A stretch of 63,547 bases of DNA, filler included, from Octopus bimaculoides (Eukaryota): the NCBI RefSeq assembly GCF_001194135.2. It is 4 parts of 4 records of this genome, joined end to end, with 100 filler letters (N's around TTAATTAATTAA, not from the genome) between each part and the next. Parts side by side here need not be neighbours in the genome. Positions count along the whole stretch, not along the records: positions 32,420 to 41,793 come from NC_068985.1; positions 41,894 to 63,547 come from NC_068988.1; 2 more parts are not named here. One strand, 5' to 3'. A program made the translations under genes and the position numbers. Under the pieces are notes generated by a model that did no database searches, had not been told where the DNA came from, and saw nothing but the letters and a program-made list of their open reading frames with translations. Shown in pieces: positions 36,209 through 48,977 of this stretch. Position 1 is the first letter of the stretch. Each line of letters starts with the position of its first letter.

Positions 36209-37777
36209 AGCGTGGCTGTATTTGTGTATATGCTTGTATGTTTGTATCTTTCAGAATATGCACTCTCATATACGTCTGTAATTATATGTATAATGGCTAT
36301 ATATGTGTGAGTGTGTATGATAAACACAGATTTCTTAGCAACACTTAATGTAAATAATGACTTTGTCAGGATTGTTAGATTATTTTATTCAAATCACGTC
36401 TCCAATAACACTGAAGGCTGAGAGCTAAGGCAAAGTTAAAAATTAAAACTATTTATATGCCATAGTATGAAGTTTCTAAGACGATGAAACCTAGAAAATA
36501 TTTTAATCACATACAGATACATTAAGACGCTTTTCATTCGTTGTGAATATATTCATTTCCCCGTGAATATAACTTCAATGGTTATAAGCATCCAATATGT
36601 CAGTTTGTCTCTCTGTTTCTCTCCATATATCTACGTATCTATTTATTTCTTTTTTCTGCATATATGTGTATGCGTATGTGTGTGTGTATGTGTTGTTTGT
36701 GTGCTCATATGATTTGCAAAAACCATTTAAAGATGGACACTGTTTAATGAATACAAGCGTCATACATGAGCTATTTAGCGTAACATGATCGATTCCAGGC
36801 ATTCATTCATGCACTAATACTATGACCACACACTGAGGAAATGCAAGAAAGAAAAACTCTAGAATAAACAAAGAAAGAATTACATAAAGAGCTTGAGGAA
36901 AGTTGAAAGGGAAACGGAAATAATTCATTCGTTATATCCGTTAAATAAACTAAAAATTTGTTATTAGATGTTCACAGTCTTTTTACTGAGAGATTTGTCA
37001 AAATGTCTACCTTGTATAGGGGTGGCCGAAGGGGGAAATGCTTCTGAGCGTTAAACCGTGTGTCTAATCATGTGAGCTGGGATCTTCCAGTTCATTAACA
37101 GTAACTCATCCTGATGCACAACTGTGTAGTTAATAGATCGAATGATCTATTATTTCGGTTGGGACTCATTTTTTTTTTACCTGCATTATACGAACGTTCA
37201 AAGTGAAAAGAATGGCGAAGCGTCGAACTCTCCTAAGTCTACTGCCAGACTTGTTTCTCATTTGGGTATAACGATGTTTTCAAAAGCCAGTGCCGGCCAG
37301 GGCACTATTTTAGTACGGGGCTGTCTTATGGAATATTTCTTTAGAGGAAGAGTGGGTTTACATCTAATTACTAATAATAGGTATAAGGCCTGTCAAGACG
37401 ATATGAGGCGGCAAGACTGTGTCTCTAAATATTTAAGATTGTTATTTGGCTTATGTCGGGTATTATAAGTGTTTATGACTAAAAGACTTTAGTCCGTCGG
37501 CCATTCGACTACACCGATGAGGCAAGTTATCTTAGAGACCAACACCTAGTACAACTCAATAATCACTCATCATTAACAATATTGCTAAATTAACTGGGTT
37601 TCTCAAGGAACTATCACCTTTTGGTTTCAAACATTCCTTAAAATTTGTATCATTTTCTCGCAGTTGTCATCTATTTGAGACTGAACGATGCCATACATGC
37701 CAGTCACATCAGTGCACAAATGCGAATGAAATTTAAAATGACTTATGTATGACTCCTCTATTTACTAAATGATATAC

Positions 37778-37815
<38 letters not shown>

Positions 37816-37830
37816 ACACACACACACAGG

Positions 37831-37919
<89 letters not shown>

Positions 37920-38004
37920 GTGTGTGTTTTTGTCAGTATGTATATATACATACATACATACTGTATATATGCTATTATGCAATATACTTTTTTTCATTTA
38001 TTCT

Positions 38005-38118
38005 TTTATTTATTTCAGTCATTTCACTGCGGTCATGCTAGACACCGCCTTTAGCCGAAGAAATCAACCTCAGGACTTATTCTTTGTAAGCCTAGTACTT
38101 ATTCTATCGGTCTTTTAG
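38005..38118 (-). mobile_element. SINE 3' tail
   Basis: tttcagtcatttcactgcggtcatgct..gacttattctttgtaagcctagtacttattctatcggtc. Confidence 0.8.
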
Positions 38119-38143
38119 AATACCTGCTCTGTAATAAAACTTG

Positions 38144-38275
38144 CTTTGCAATCCTCAGTAGAAATACACGGGAAATGCATGTATATATTGGGATCTGTAC
38201 GAATAGATTTATCGGTACGTATGTAAATGTTTCGCTTATATATTTGCCGATGTGTCTCTACTGAGGATTGAAAAG
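38144..38275. repeat. 132-bp inverted-repeat element (about 34-bp arms), MITE-like
   Basis: ctttgcaatcctcagtagaaatacacgggaaat / atttgccgatgtgtctctactgaggattgaaaag. Confidence 0.7.
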
Positions 38276-40084
38276 TAATCTTTATTACAGAGCATGAAAT
38301 CTTAAGATATGGGATTATCGGGAATTTTGTAATTCGACCTGGGGTTATAGATAGCCAACAAATTTAGAGTGGGTTGTAGGTATTTGACATCCACCTCTAG
38401 CGTATAGGCGTTGAACATTCTAGCGTCCTTAATTATAATAATATTTTGATAAATATAGTTAAAAATTAATTTTACCGATATGGACATCTTTTTATACGCT
38501 AGCCACTCATATCATTATTTTAATAATTATAAATATATGCATTTATAAATATATGCATATATATANNNNNNNNNNNNNNNNNNNNNNNNNNNNNNNNNNN
38601 NNNNNNNNNNNNNNNNNNNNNNNNNNNNNNNNNNNNNNNNNNNNNNNNNNNNNNNNNNNNNNNNNNNNNNNNNNNNNNNNNNNNNNNNNNNNNNNNNNNN
38701 NNNNNNNNNNNNNNNNNNNNNNNNNNNNNNNNNNNNNNNNNNNNNNNNNNNNNNNNNATATATATATATATATATATATATACACTATATAGATAACGGT
38801 ATATGTAACAATAAGTATGTCTGTTTATATGTGTCTGTGTAGTTTGCTTATACATTTTATGCATAGCGCAACGTATATTAGAAAACCCAGAATTAATATA
38901 ATGCAGTAAATGTACACCTTTTGAAAGCTATCGTCGTGAAATTTCAAAGAAATATATAACTTTTATTATTCAATGTAGAGGCTAATTCATTGTAGATTTT
39001 TTCGTTGCCCAATTTCTCTTTAGATCACTTAATTGCCAGTATTTAAATCGTTATATCACCGGGTTAATAAATGGTGTATATAAATAAGGTTAAGAAATAC
39101 CAACTTTCATTCTTTTTCTTTATATATAAGAAGAAAAAAAATGGAATGTAGTATAACAAGAAAAGAGAAAAACATTGTTTATATTATACTTTCTCAAAAT
39201 TACATATTCTTTCTTTCATTTTGTTTATTTATTTTATTGAACTCTTCCCTATAGATGATAAATAAACTCACAATTAGACTAATAAAGAACTGGAGGTAAA
39301 AGTGTTAATATGAAAAGGACGAATGTCAGCTAATTAGTAACGTTCACAACAAAAACCATTGCGATAGTCAAACATCAGATTATGAGCAGCTGCTGTCGGA
39401 AAAAAATTGTTTTTTCAAAATAATCATAATTCTATCTCACCTTTCTAAATACGATTATTGATATCACTGTACTTTTCGTTCTGGCAATTTTCATTAACTT
39501 GCATAGATTTTTGTAGTTTCGTTGGGATAAACATTCGTAACGAGATTATAAATCGTATTTTATTTATATGTCATTTTGAATGTTATATATTCTATATCAT
39601 CGGTTTTTTTAACGCATTCCACTAAACCAAATTCATTGACAAAATCTTCGAGAAGCATTAACTGTAATGAACATATACCGTCTCAATTTCACTATGAAGC
39701 AATTTTCACGCGCGGAATTTGAAGTGAATCAAAGCTGTCCACTCCCCGTTGAAACCAGAACAATAACAATATATTATATAGTGACATTCTAACTTGCATT
39801 TGTCTTAGCAAATACGCTCCGTTTACAAAATAATAAGGAGATAATACTTGAAACTTCATAGCTCCTTGGCTACCAACCAGAGACGAAGTAGCCCTTGTCT
39901 TTGTGTCTCGGAAGAAACCTTACAGCAGTCGTTATTTAAATCAAACATAACCAAAAACTTAGTTGCAATGTATGACTAGTTATTTTCGCTTACATTCCCT
40001 TACATTCCAGATAGGAACAGCCATAATAAGTATTCTGCCTAGCTACAATTACAGTATTATAATTCTAATGTGGTTAACTTTCAT

Positions 40085-40295
40085 GGCAGAAGTAAATATC
40101 GGTTTCAACGCTTGGCACAAGGCCAGCTATTACAGGATGGAGGCAAGTCGATTACATCGACTCCGGTATCAACTGGCAGGTTATTTCTCGACTGATGAAA
40201 AGCGTTATCGGAATTGAACTCGGAACGTAAATAAAGACGAAATACCTCTAAGCATTTTGCCCAATGCAAGAACGATTCTGCCAGCTTACCGCTTA
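40085..40295 (-). mobile_element. Meta-domain-like SINE
   Basis: gcacaaggccagc..gtcgattacatcgactcc..gaattgaactcggaacg..gattctgccagcttaccgc. Confidence 0.7.
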
Positions 40296-40804
40296 CTCTC
40301 ATACCCACCTTCCCCTTCTCTCATACCCACATCCCCCTTCCCCCTTCATCGTTAGTCCTCCCTCTAAGCCCATCCCATTCTTTACACCCACCCCTAACCT
40401 CTGCCTACCCACATACCCTACCTCTACTCCCACCCTCAGCCTAACCCACACTCCACCCATGCTTTCCCCACTCTCGCCTCCCACATCTCCTAACACCCTC
40501 ACATCACACCACGCTACACCATATCACACAACCCATCACTTCACAACACACCACCACGCACACACTAACACTGACCAATTCCCTTCCCCACATTTTCACA
40601 CCTTCAAATCTACATACACAAATGCACACGTTAAGATCACCAGCATTCTCTCACACACACGCACCTTCGTCTTGGGATCACTACTTTTTGTTATCTCCCC
40701 TCCTTTTTAACTCTCCTGTGTGATCCTTATGTGCGGCATTCGCCATGATAGATCGCTGACCACTACACTTATATTTTTTCTCTCCTTGTTTATTTTTGTG
40801 TTCC

Positions 40805-40845
40805 TTTGTGTTGAAGAGCGTAGGCTCGAAATGTTAAAGACTTTC
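40805..40845 (+). ncRNA. Decayed minimal hammerhead-like motif in a pseudo-LTR-like repeat
   Basis: tTGAAGA-G-cgtaggct-C-GAAA-tGTT; C3 and C15.2 appear mutated and stem I is unclear. Confidence 0.35.
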
Positions 40846-41154
40846 TCGATTCCCGAGCGTTATACTAATACATCCATTTGTTGTTTACACCATCTGTCTT
40901 CGTCTGTTGTTTTTAGTGAATTCTCCCATATATATATTAATTAGAAATATACAAATTTCAAGGTAAATAATACTCCCCATTAAAGCCGACACACATCTAA
41001 ACACAAAGGGGATATATAAGCCATTATAAATATGCGGCCATATACCATATAAAAACATATACATACAAACACATCAAAACGTCTCCAACTGATGAGATGA
41101 CAGTTCACAATAATCCAAAAGAGAAATCTTCAAACGAATCCAATCAATACAAAA

Positions 41155-41245
41155 GAATCTTCCGGCCGTTTCTGGGAATGTGCGATGAATTGTTTAGGTA
41201 AATCCTTTTCAACTTAAGTAATCTACATTTTCTTCATCAAAGAAT
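41155..41245 (-). ncRNA. Degenerate type I hammerhead motif
   Basis: Minus strand attct-tTGATGA-agaaaatg..cattccca-GAAAC-GGCC-GgA-agatt; two core substitutions. Confidence 0.45.
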
Positions 41246-41929
41246 ATGTACGGATTCAGAATTTTAAATAAACTCATAAAACTATTCATGATATTGTAAA
41301 AATATAAACTGCCGCCTCATCAGCCCGAGAGTTTTTGATTTGTCTGTATTTATTTATGCAATTCTTTATCGGACTTTGATTTGGTCACGGAATTCACACT
41401 CTTATATGTATCTATATATGTTCTTATATGTTATATGTTCGCAGTTTTATAATGACTTCTGTATGTCCTCTGTGATGAGATCGTGTGTCGGATTTGATAA
41501 GGAGTATTATTGACCTTGAAATTTGTGTTTTCTAATTAATACTTTAATCTAATCGCTCAATAAATTGAGACCTACGCTGTTGTTTTTTGAAAAGAGTTCA
41601 CCTCTTTAATTTTTCATTACCTACATATATACATACGGGTGCGTGTGCGTGTATCCATGTATGTGTGTTTGTGCATATACATATGTATGTATATGTGTAT
41701 ATATAAGTATATATATAATACAGATATATATATATATCTATAAATGTGTATATATATATATACATGTATGTATGTATATATATATATATATATNNNNNNN
41801 NNNNNNNNNNNNNNNNNNNNNNNNNNNNNNNNNNNNNTTAATTAATTAANNNNNNNNNNNNNNNNNNNNNNNNNNNNNNNNNNNNNNNNNNNNCCGGAAC
41901 CATGTGGCTGGTAAGCAAGCTTTTACGAG

Positions 41930-42470
41930 ACGTCGGGTTTACGGATTTTATTATATAAATTTTTCAAACACAAATCCAGATTTTTAACGGAGTGCAAAAG
42001 TTTCTACTACCATAGCAAATGCTTCTACGTGTTACCGGAGAAATTTAGAGAGCGAAAGAAAGCTTCTTCTGGGCAAACAACTCTAGGCTTGATTTTTAAA
42101 ACGGAATCTACAAGTTCGTCTACGAGTGCTTGTGAATTGGCGATCGTGTCTACAAGTGATGGTATGCTGGAGTCTAGTGCCAGTGAAAGTGATTCAGAAA
42201 ACGATTATAATAATAACATTTGTTATAAATTATCTTGACATTCATTTTGCCTTACATGAGATATTCTTTGCATTCTACTGTTGTCCTATTGCCATTTATT
42301 TACAAGTAATATAAATTTTATTGGTAAAATATTTTCTGGGAACAAATTACAATTTATAACATTGCTACTGTGGGAAATTATTGGTTTGCTTTAAGAGTTT
42401 TAGCTTTACGAGCGGTCTCCAGGAACAAATTAACTGGTATATCCAAGCAATACTTTATCCGTTAAGTTTT
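41930..42470 (+). mobile_element. Possible Tigger/pogo transposase C-terminus and 3' end
   Basis: RERKKASSGQTTLGLIFK..STS..SESDSE acidic tail, then ggaacaaattaact.. resembling a Tigger subterminal motif. Confidence 0.4.
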
Positions 42471-43492
42471 CGTCTAATTTTACGTTTGCTCTTCTTTCGT
42501 TTAACTTTTTCTCCATGTTGTGTTCTGTCTGTTCAGCTCTTGATATATATATATATATATATANNNNNNNNNNNNNNNNNNNNNNNNNNNNNNNNNNNNN
42601 NNNNNNNNNNNNNNNNNNNNNNNNNNNNNNNNNNNNNNNNNNNNNNNNNNNNNNNNNNNNNNNNNNNNNNNNNNNNNNNNNNNNNNNNNNNNNNNNNNNN
42701 NNNNNNNNNNNNNNNNNNNNNNNNNNNNNNNNNNNNNNNNNNNNNNNNNNNNNNNNNNNNNNNNNNNNNNNNNNNNNNNNNNNNNNNNNNNNNNNNNNNN
42801 NNNNNNNNNNNNNNNNNNNNNNNNNNNNNNNNNNNNNNNNNNNNNNNNNNNNNNNNNNNNNNNNNNNNNNNNNNNNNNNNNNNNNNNNNNNNNNNNNNNN
42901 NNNNNNNNNNNNNNNNNNNNNNNNNNNNNNNNNNNNNNNNNNNNNNNNNNNNNNNNNNNNNNNNNNNNNNNNNNNNNNNNNNNNNNNNNNNNNNNNNNNN
43001 NNNNNNNNNNNNNNNNNNNNNNNNNNNNNNNNNNNNNNNNNNNNNNNNNNNNNNNNNNNNNNNNNNNNNNNNNNNNNNNNNNNNNNNNNNNNNNNNNNNN
43101 NNNNNNNNNNNNNNNNNNNNNNNNNNNNNNNNNNNNNNNNNNNNNNNNNNNNNNNNNNNNNNNNNNNNNNNNNNNNNNNNNNNNNNNNNNNNNNNNNNNN
43201 NNNNNNNNNNNNNNNNNNNNNNNNNNNNNNNNNNNNNNNNNNNNNNNNNNNNNNNNNNNNNNNNNNNNNNNNNNNNNNNNNNNNNNNNNNNNNNNNNNNN
43301 NNNNNNNNNNNNNNNNNNNNNNNNNNNNNNNNNNNNNNNNNNNNNNNNNNNNNNNNNNNNNNNNNNNNNNNNNNNNNNNNNNNNNNNNNNNNNNNNNNNN
43401 NNNNNNNNNNNNNNNNNNNNNNNNNNNNNNNNNNNNNNNNNNNNNNNNNNNNNNNNNNNNNNNNNNNNNNNNNNNNNNNNNNNNNNNNNNNN

Positions 43493-43556
<64 letters not shown>

Positions 43557-44149
43557 TATATATAATATATACATATTCATAGCTATACACATCTAAGTAA
43601 CAATATATGTATATATGTAAATATATATACACATATGCACACAAAAACACACATATAAAGAACAATGAATACAAATATGTATGTACAAAGTACCCTCACA
43701 TGAAGATACGTACATGTGCATCAATTTACGTGAATTAATGCATATAAATAACCACACATATATATATATTTACATGTACACACATACGTGTACATACATA
43801 TACACGTATACATACATACTCACGCATACATATACATATATATATATATCAAGAATTATACATAACGCACATTTTTTCGTAAAGCTTTTACACCCTTATA
43901 TACATGCATATACCTATACATACATATATAAGCAAGTAATCACATATGAACAGTACATACATATTCAAATTAAAATTCTCTCACCCCTAAAGAAAATTGG
44001 TATTGATCAACTAAACTCTAAACAATTTGATTGATCAAATATTTTAAAAATAGAAAGCGCTCCTGTATTATTCAATAAATTGATCTAAGGGAAGGAAAAA
44101 CTAAGATGTATTGTTTTTAAAATGAAAAGACTCTGGATGTGACAAATAA

Positions 44150-45300
44150 AATAGAATACTGCAAACACAATAGCATTAATAATAACATAACTAAATATAT
44201 AAAAAAAAAACTGATAAAATTTATAATCTCACAAATAATAAACAAAAAACTAGTAACCAGAATATAATCTTGAAATGGGTATTGATAATAAACATAGGAT
44301 CACTATAAACAAAATTAATATTACTAAACATAAAAATAAAAAAGAAATAAATACTACATGAAATAATAAACCTAAGATAAATAATAAAAAAACTAATTTA
44401 TAATTGCAATGACTACTATAATGATAATCAAACATGTAATAAAAGTTATGTACAGACTCACTCAATTAAATATAATAAATCTAAAATAGATTACAATGCA
44501 TCTATAATTAATAATAACACTGATAAATCCAATAAAATTTAGCTAATTATTCCATATGCTTTGCAAATTAAAGATAATATAGTTAAATCAATATTCAAGA
44601 TTATCCATAAACACTAATATTAATAATAGATATAATAAAATAACTAGCAATAAAACCATTAAAGTTGGATTTAGCCTAACCCATAACTTATTTACTATTA
44701 TATCTTCCATAAATAATAAGAAACTACTTAAATAGAAAAACCCATAATAATAACCAGATTAATCCCCCTGAACTTAGCACATCCCTCACTAATTCTAAAA
44801 ACCCTAGTAATTGTACTGATATATCTCCTAACAATAGAAACTTTAAAATAATACAAAAACTACTAACAATATTTCCTCATCTAATACACAAACGTATAAT
44901 AGCACTTATAACAGGGTTTAAAATAATTGTTTATTTAAGAATTCATGTAAAAGAAAAAAATGTAATATACCAATGTACAGTCATAACTCAAGGTAAAAAC
45001 CATACATGTATAGGTTCTACAGAGAATGAAATTAAGAAACGCATCACGAACCACTTACATACTTTTAGGAATAGACAAAAATCTAATTCTACAGGATTAA
45101 GTAGATTTATTTGGGAATTAAAGGATAATGATATTAATTTTGATCTTAAATGGGATATAATTGCTTCTGCACCATCTTATAAAGTCAATAAAAAAATGTC
45201 TTCCTTGTATAACCGAGGCATTCTTTATTCTTTCGTTTAGAAATACCCTACTTAACCTTAGAGATGAGAAAAGTATTTCCTCTGTTCACCTGGGAAAATA
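44150..45300 (+). mobile_element. AT-rich Naiad-type Penelope-like relic (linker + GIY-YIG)
   Basis: IIPYALQIKDNIVKSIFKII; KTIKVGFSLTHNLFTIISSINNKKLL; NCLFKNSCKRKNVIYQCTV..CIGSTENEIKKRITNHLHTF..GLSRFIWELKD..LKWDII. Confidence 0.75.
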
Positions 45301-46144
45301 TGTATTTTCCAAATTTAAATAATGAGTTTATTACCTCCCTCACTACTATAGTTGTACATACGCCCTTAAACCATAGCCCCGCTACTATTATTGAATTTTA
45401 CCTTAAATGTGATACAACTATTTATGAACACCTTTTATTAAGTCAACACTATAAATATTTTATATTTAGATAATAATAGTTTTATTTACTCTTTCATCCA
45501 GATATAACCTATCTAAGTATTTCATATATTAATGGAGAAATATTAGTATCTCCCAATTTTGACTAACTATTCTGTTTTCTTCAATGGAAATTACTATGTC
45601 TTCATTTTCTTACTTTCATTTTCAATGATTATAAACCATATTTTTCTTCCGGAAATACCCTATTCAATCCTTGAAACGAGAAAAGTATTTCATATATTCA
45701 CATAGAAATAGAAGTATCTTCAAAATCTTAATTAACTACTTTATTTCTTTCAATAGAAAACATTCTTTACCTCCCTCATTAGATCGCTTACTCCTTTAAT
45801 CCCATAGATACACTATTAATAATAAAAAACTCCCTCCCCCTAATTTCGACCTAACTAATTAACATTTAACATACACACATATATGTCTAATTCTATTATT
45901 ATTCCATTGCACACAAGTTCTAACACTTTAACTGTTAATTACTACTGGTTAGCATATTGTACACACAATGAATAAGTTTCTAATAACATTTTACCTGAAA
46001 CCATTGCTAACTTTTATATCAGTTTTCCAATATTCCAGAATGGAATTGCTATACTTGATAGTTTTTGTATCAGATATTTTCCACATAACCATTTTTATTA
46101 ACTATTCTGATAAATCTTCAACTACAAATCAACACAAGATATGC

Positions 46145-46292
46145 ACTCACATCATTATATTAATACATCTTCTGCATATATTCAATTCTCCATCACATAT
46201 TATAATATATATTCTTTATATATAACATGAGATTTGTACTCACATCATAATACTAATATATCTTCTGCATATATTCAATTCTCCATCATATA
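46145..46292. repeat. Tandem duplication of about 55 bp at 93-bp spacing
   Basis: actcacatca..tcttctgcatatattcaattctccatca occurs at 46145 and 46238. Confidence 0.8.
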
Positions 46293-47192
46293 TTCTTATA
46301 TATATTTTTATACATATATCTTTGTATATTATTTAATTTAACTATTTTTCATATCTTAGTATTATTGTATTACACCTCCACAATGAATTACACCCAGTAT
46401 ATATCTACACTAATCAAATATAATAACTTGACTAATATGTACATCAGGAGTATCTTTCTAAAATATATGAATATTAGATAAAATATTATTTCTATACTAT
46501 ATTACTATATTAGTATTATGGTATGTACTCTATTAGACTTTATCTTATATATATATAGATAAAAAATATTTCATCAGTATAAATTATAACACATATAAAT
46601 TCCATGATTATTCACATAACTACATTAATTTAATTAATAACCTCATTAACAGCTAAATAATGAATGATATGCCCGTTTTTATAATACTATTAGATTTAAC
46701 AGAAGTGTCTTTGTCAGTATCAACATATATAGTGATTTATGTGCAGTGTGGCTTTAATATATGAATATTTTTTTATGTGTATTATATTTTCTGTATTTTG
46801 ATACATAAAGATGAAAATGAAGATGTACTTATACCTATAAATTTATACATATGTTTTTAGTTGAATACATACCTTTACTTGTATGTAATGAGCCTATGTA
46901 AATGTATATATGTATATATATAAAATATATAGTATATTTTAGAGCTCGTTAATGTTAACAATAACTCCTATTAATATACAGATAGGAAGATGTAGTGCTC
47001 GTTGTGAGCTATATTCAAAATAATATTTTTATGTGTTGCGTCCATAAAAATATTATTTTTATATGTACACATATATATATATGTATATATGGGTATAAAC
47101 TAGTATGTGTACGCTTTTAATATGCATATATAATTCTATATGCATGCCTTAGTGCGCATATATGAGTATACATATGTATATCTATATTTTTG

Positions 47193-47241
<49 letters not shown>

Positions 47242-47322
47242 NNNNNNNNNNNNNNNNNNNNNNNNNNNNNNNNNNNNNNNNNNNNNNNNNNNNNNNNNNN
47301 NNNNNNNNNNNNNNNNNNNNNN

Positions 47323-47378
<56 letters not shown>

Positions 47379-47403
47379 CAGTTATGGATTATTATCCGGT
47401 AGG

Positions 47404-47458
47404 CCACACTGATGAGGCTCAGTGTCTAAATACCCAAAAGCCGAAACCTGGTTTGTGG
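47404..47458 (+). ncRNA. Type I hammerhead ribozyme, intact core
   Basis: ccaca-CTGATGA-ggct(19-nt loop)agcc-GAAA-C-ctg-GTT-tgtgg; all conserved core nucleotides and the G10.1-C11.1 pair are present; predicted cleavage after 47453. Confidence 0.8.
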
Positions 47459-47529
47459 GTATCTCTAATTGCATATTTTTATGCTGTTAAATGTTTCTGT
47501 TTTCCTCGCATACTGTTAGATTTTAAAAA

Positions 47530-47990
47530 AGCCTGCAACAATCCTATGTGAAAGAGAGAGCAAACAAAGAAGCCTGGGTTACAAAAGATATCAAGTGAAA
47601 CCCAAACAGCTTCAGTTCACTACAAAATAAGGCCCCTCTTCCAAAAGGATGGGACCAGTTCAAAAGTGTCTTTATCATCCCACTGGAACACAGACGAGTG
47701 AACGAACCAGTGGATTTCTTTGCTGCCTCACCTATAACCAGCGAGGCAGTTACGATGGATGACATCGACATTGGTGAAGAAGACAATACTAGCCATAGAA
47801 GAGGTGAACACAAACTCAACCGCTGGCCCTGATGGTTTCCCAGCAATCCTCCTCAAATCGTGTAACTGCACCCTAAGAAACTACTACAGAGTTTTCTTGC
47901 AAATGGCAGGCTGCCAAGCGAACTGAAGGAGGAAATAATACACCCAATCCATAAAGGAGGAAGCAGAGCAGATGCCAAAACTTATAGAAT
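47530..47990 (+). mobile_element. CR1/Crack-like LINE internal ORF2 fragment
   Basis: AGPDGFPAILLKSC..FLANGRLPSELKEEIIHPIHKGGSRADAKTY. Confidence 0.75.
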
Positions 47991-48755
47991 TCATTCTGTT
48001 TTCCTCGCATACTGCTTTTTTCTGTTATCTTGGTGCGGTACAGTGGATTAATTTAAGATTTTAGCTCTTATTTCTAGCAGGTAGATGCTTGTTAAGCATC
48101 ATTACGCTTCGTGTAAATTTATTATTCATAGCTATATAATGCTATTGCGCCTGCGATCCACCTATGTCACTGCTGGTGACATCATCAATTTTAAAATTTA
48201 TTCACAGATGATTTGAACAGTAGTGACATCTGATTTCAAAGCTCAGTGCTTGAATGTTTTGATTATAAATATATATATAGTTGCTTAGAAGTTATGTTTA
48301 CCTCATAAAGGGATGGTTACATCCAAGGAAACAATGGTTCTATACCTAGTATTTTGGGGAAATGGAATTTCCTTAAATAAATAGGTATATATTAAGCATA
48401 CAATTCATGTTCAGTTAACTGAAGGCAAGAAAATAGAGAGTTAAAATTTAATGATCATTTATTATTAAGAAATTGGTAATCATTATTTCTTGCAGCCGTT
48501 TCCATTAGTGCCCAATAGGTAAATTACAAATTTATGCTTTAAATTTCCATTTATATGTTATGAGAATAAGTTCATCAAAGAAAAAGATATACATTAAGAT
48601 ATTGCACGCCGACCTATCCGTTCATGCAAGCAGAATATGAGAAGTTATTATTTTTTTTATTATATGTGGGTGAAAGGTTTACGGATTAATTAGAATATAA
48701 TATATTGAAGTAAAAATGAAAAAGCAATCTTGCTAGAGAATATAAACATAAAGTC

Positions 48756-48850
48756 TTTTGCAACTGTTATATTCTAGAGAATAGCCAAGCTTGTGGATCA
48801 TCATATTGAGTAAAGATTCCATAAGTTGATTACTCCGTCTTCAGAGAGGG
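48756..48850 (-). ncRNA. Highly degenerate hammerhead remnant (family of 17140/32099)
   Basis: Minus strand ctct-CTGAAGA-cggag...ataac-agtt-gca-aaag; GAAA and GUH are lost. Confidence 0.3.
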
Positions 48851-48977
48851 AAAAGACAGAGAGATGTAAAAATGTGATAATATACTTCCGGCAGTATATT
48901 GGCTAGATATTATCCCTTAGTGGGTTGGTTTCACAACCCTTAACTTTCTTGTATATATATANNNNNNNNNNTCGTGC

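Noticed and set aside
44150-46700. Possible mitochondrial insertion (AT-rich, G-poor; hydrophobic ORF 44250-44465)
   Set aside because: Plus-strand translations match Penelope/Naiad linker and GIY-YIG motifs, and I recognised no mitochondrial gene or tRNA.
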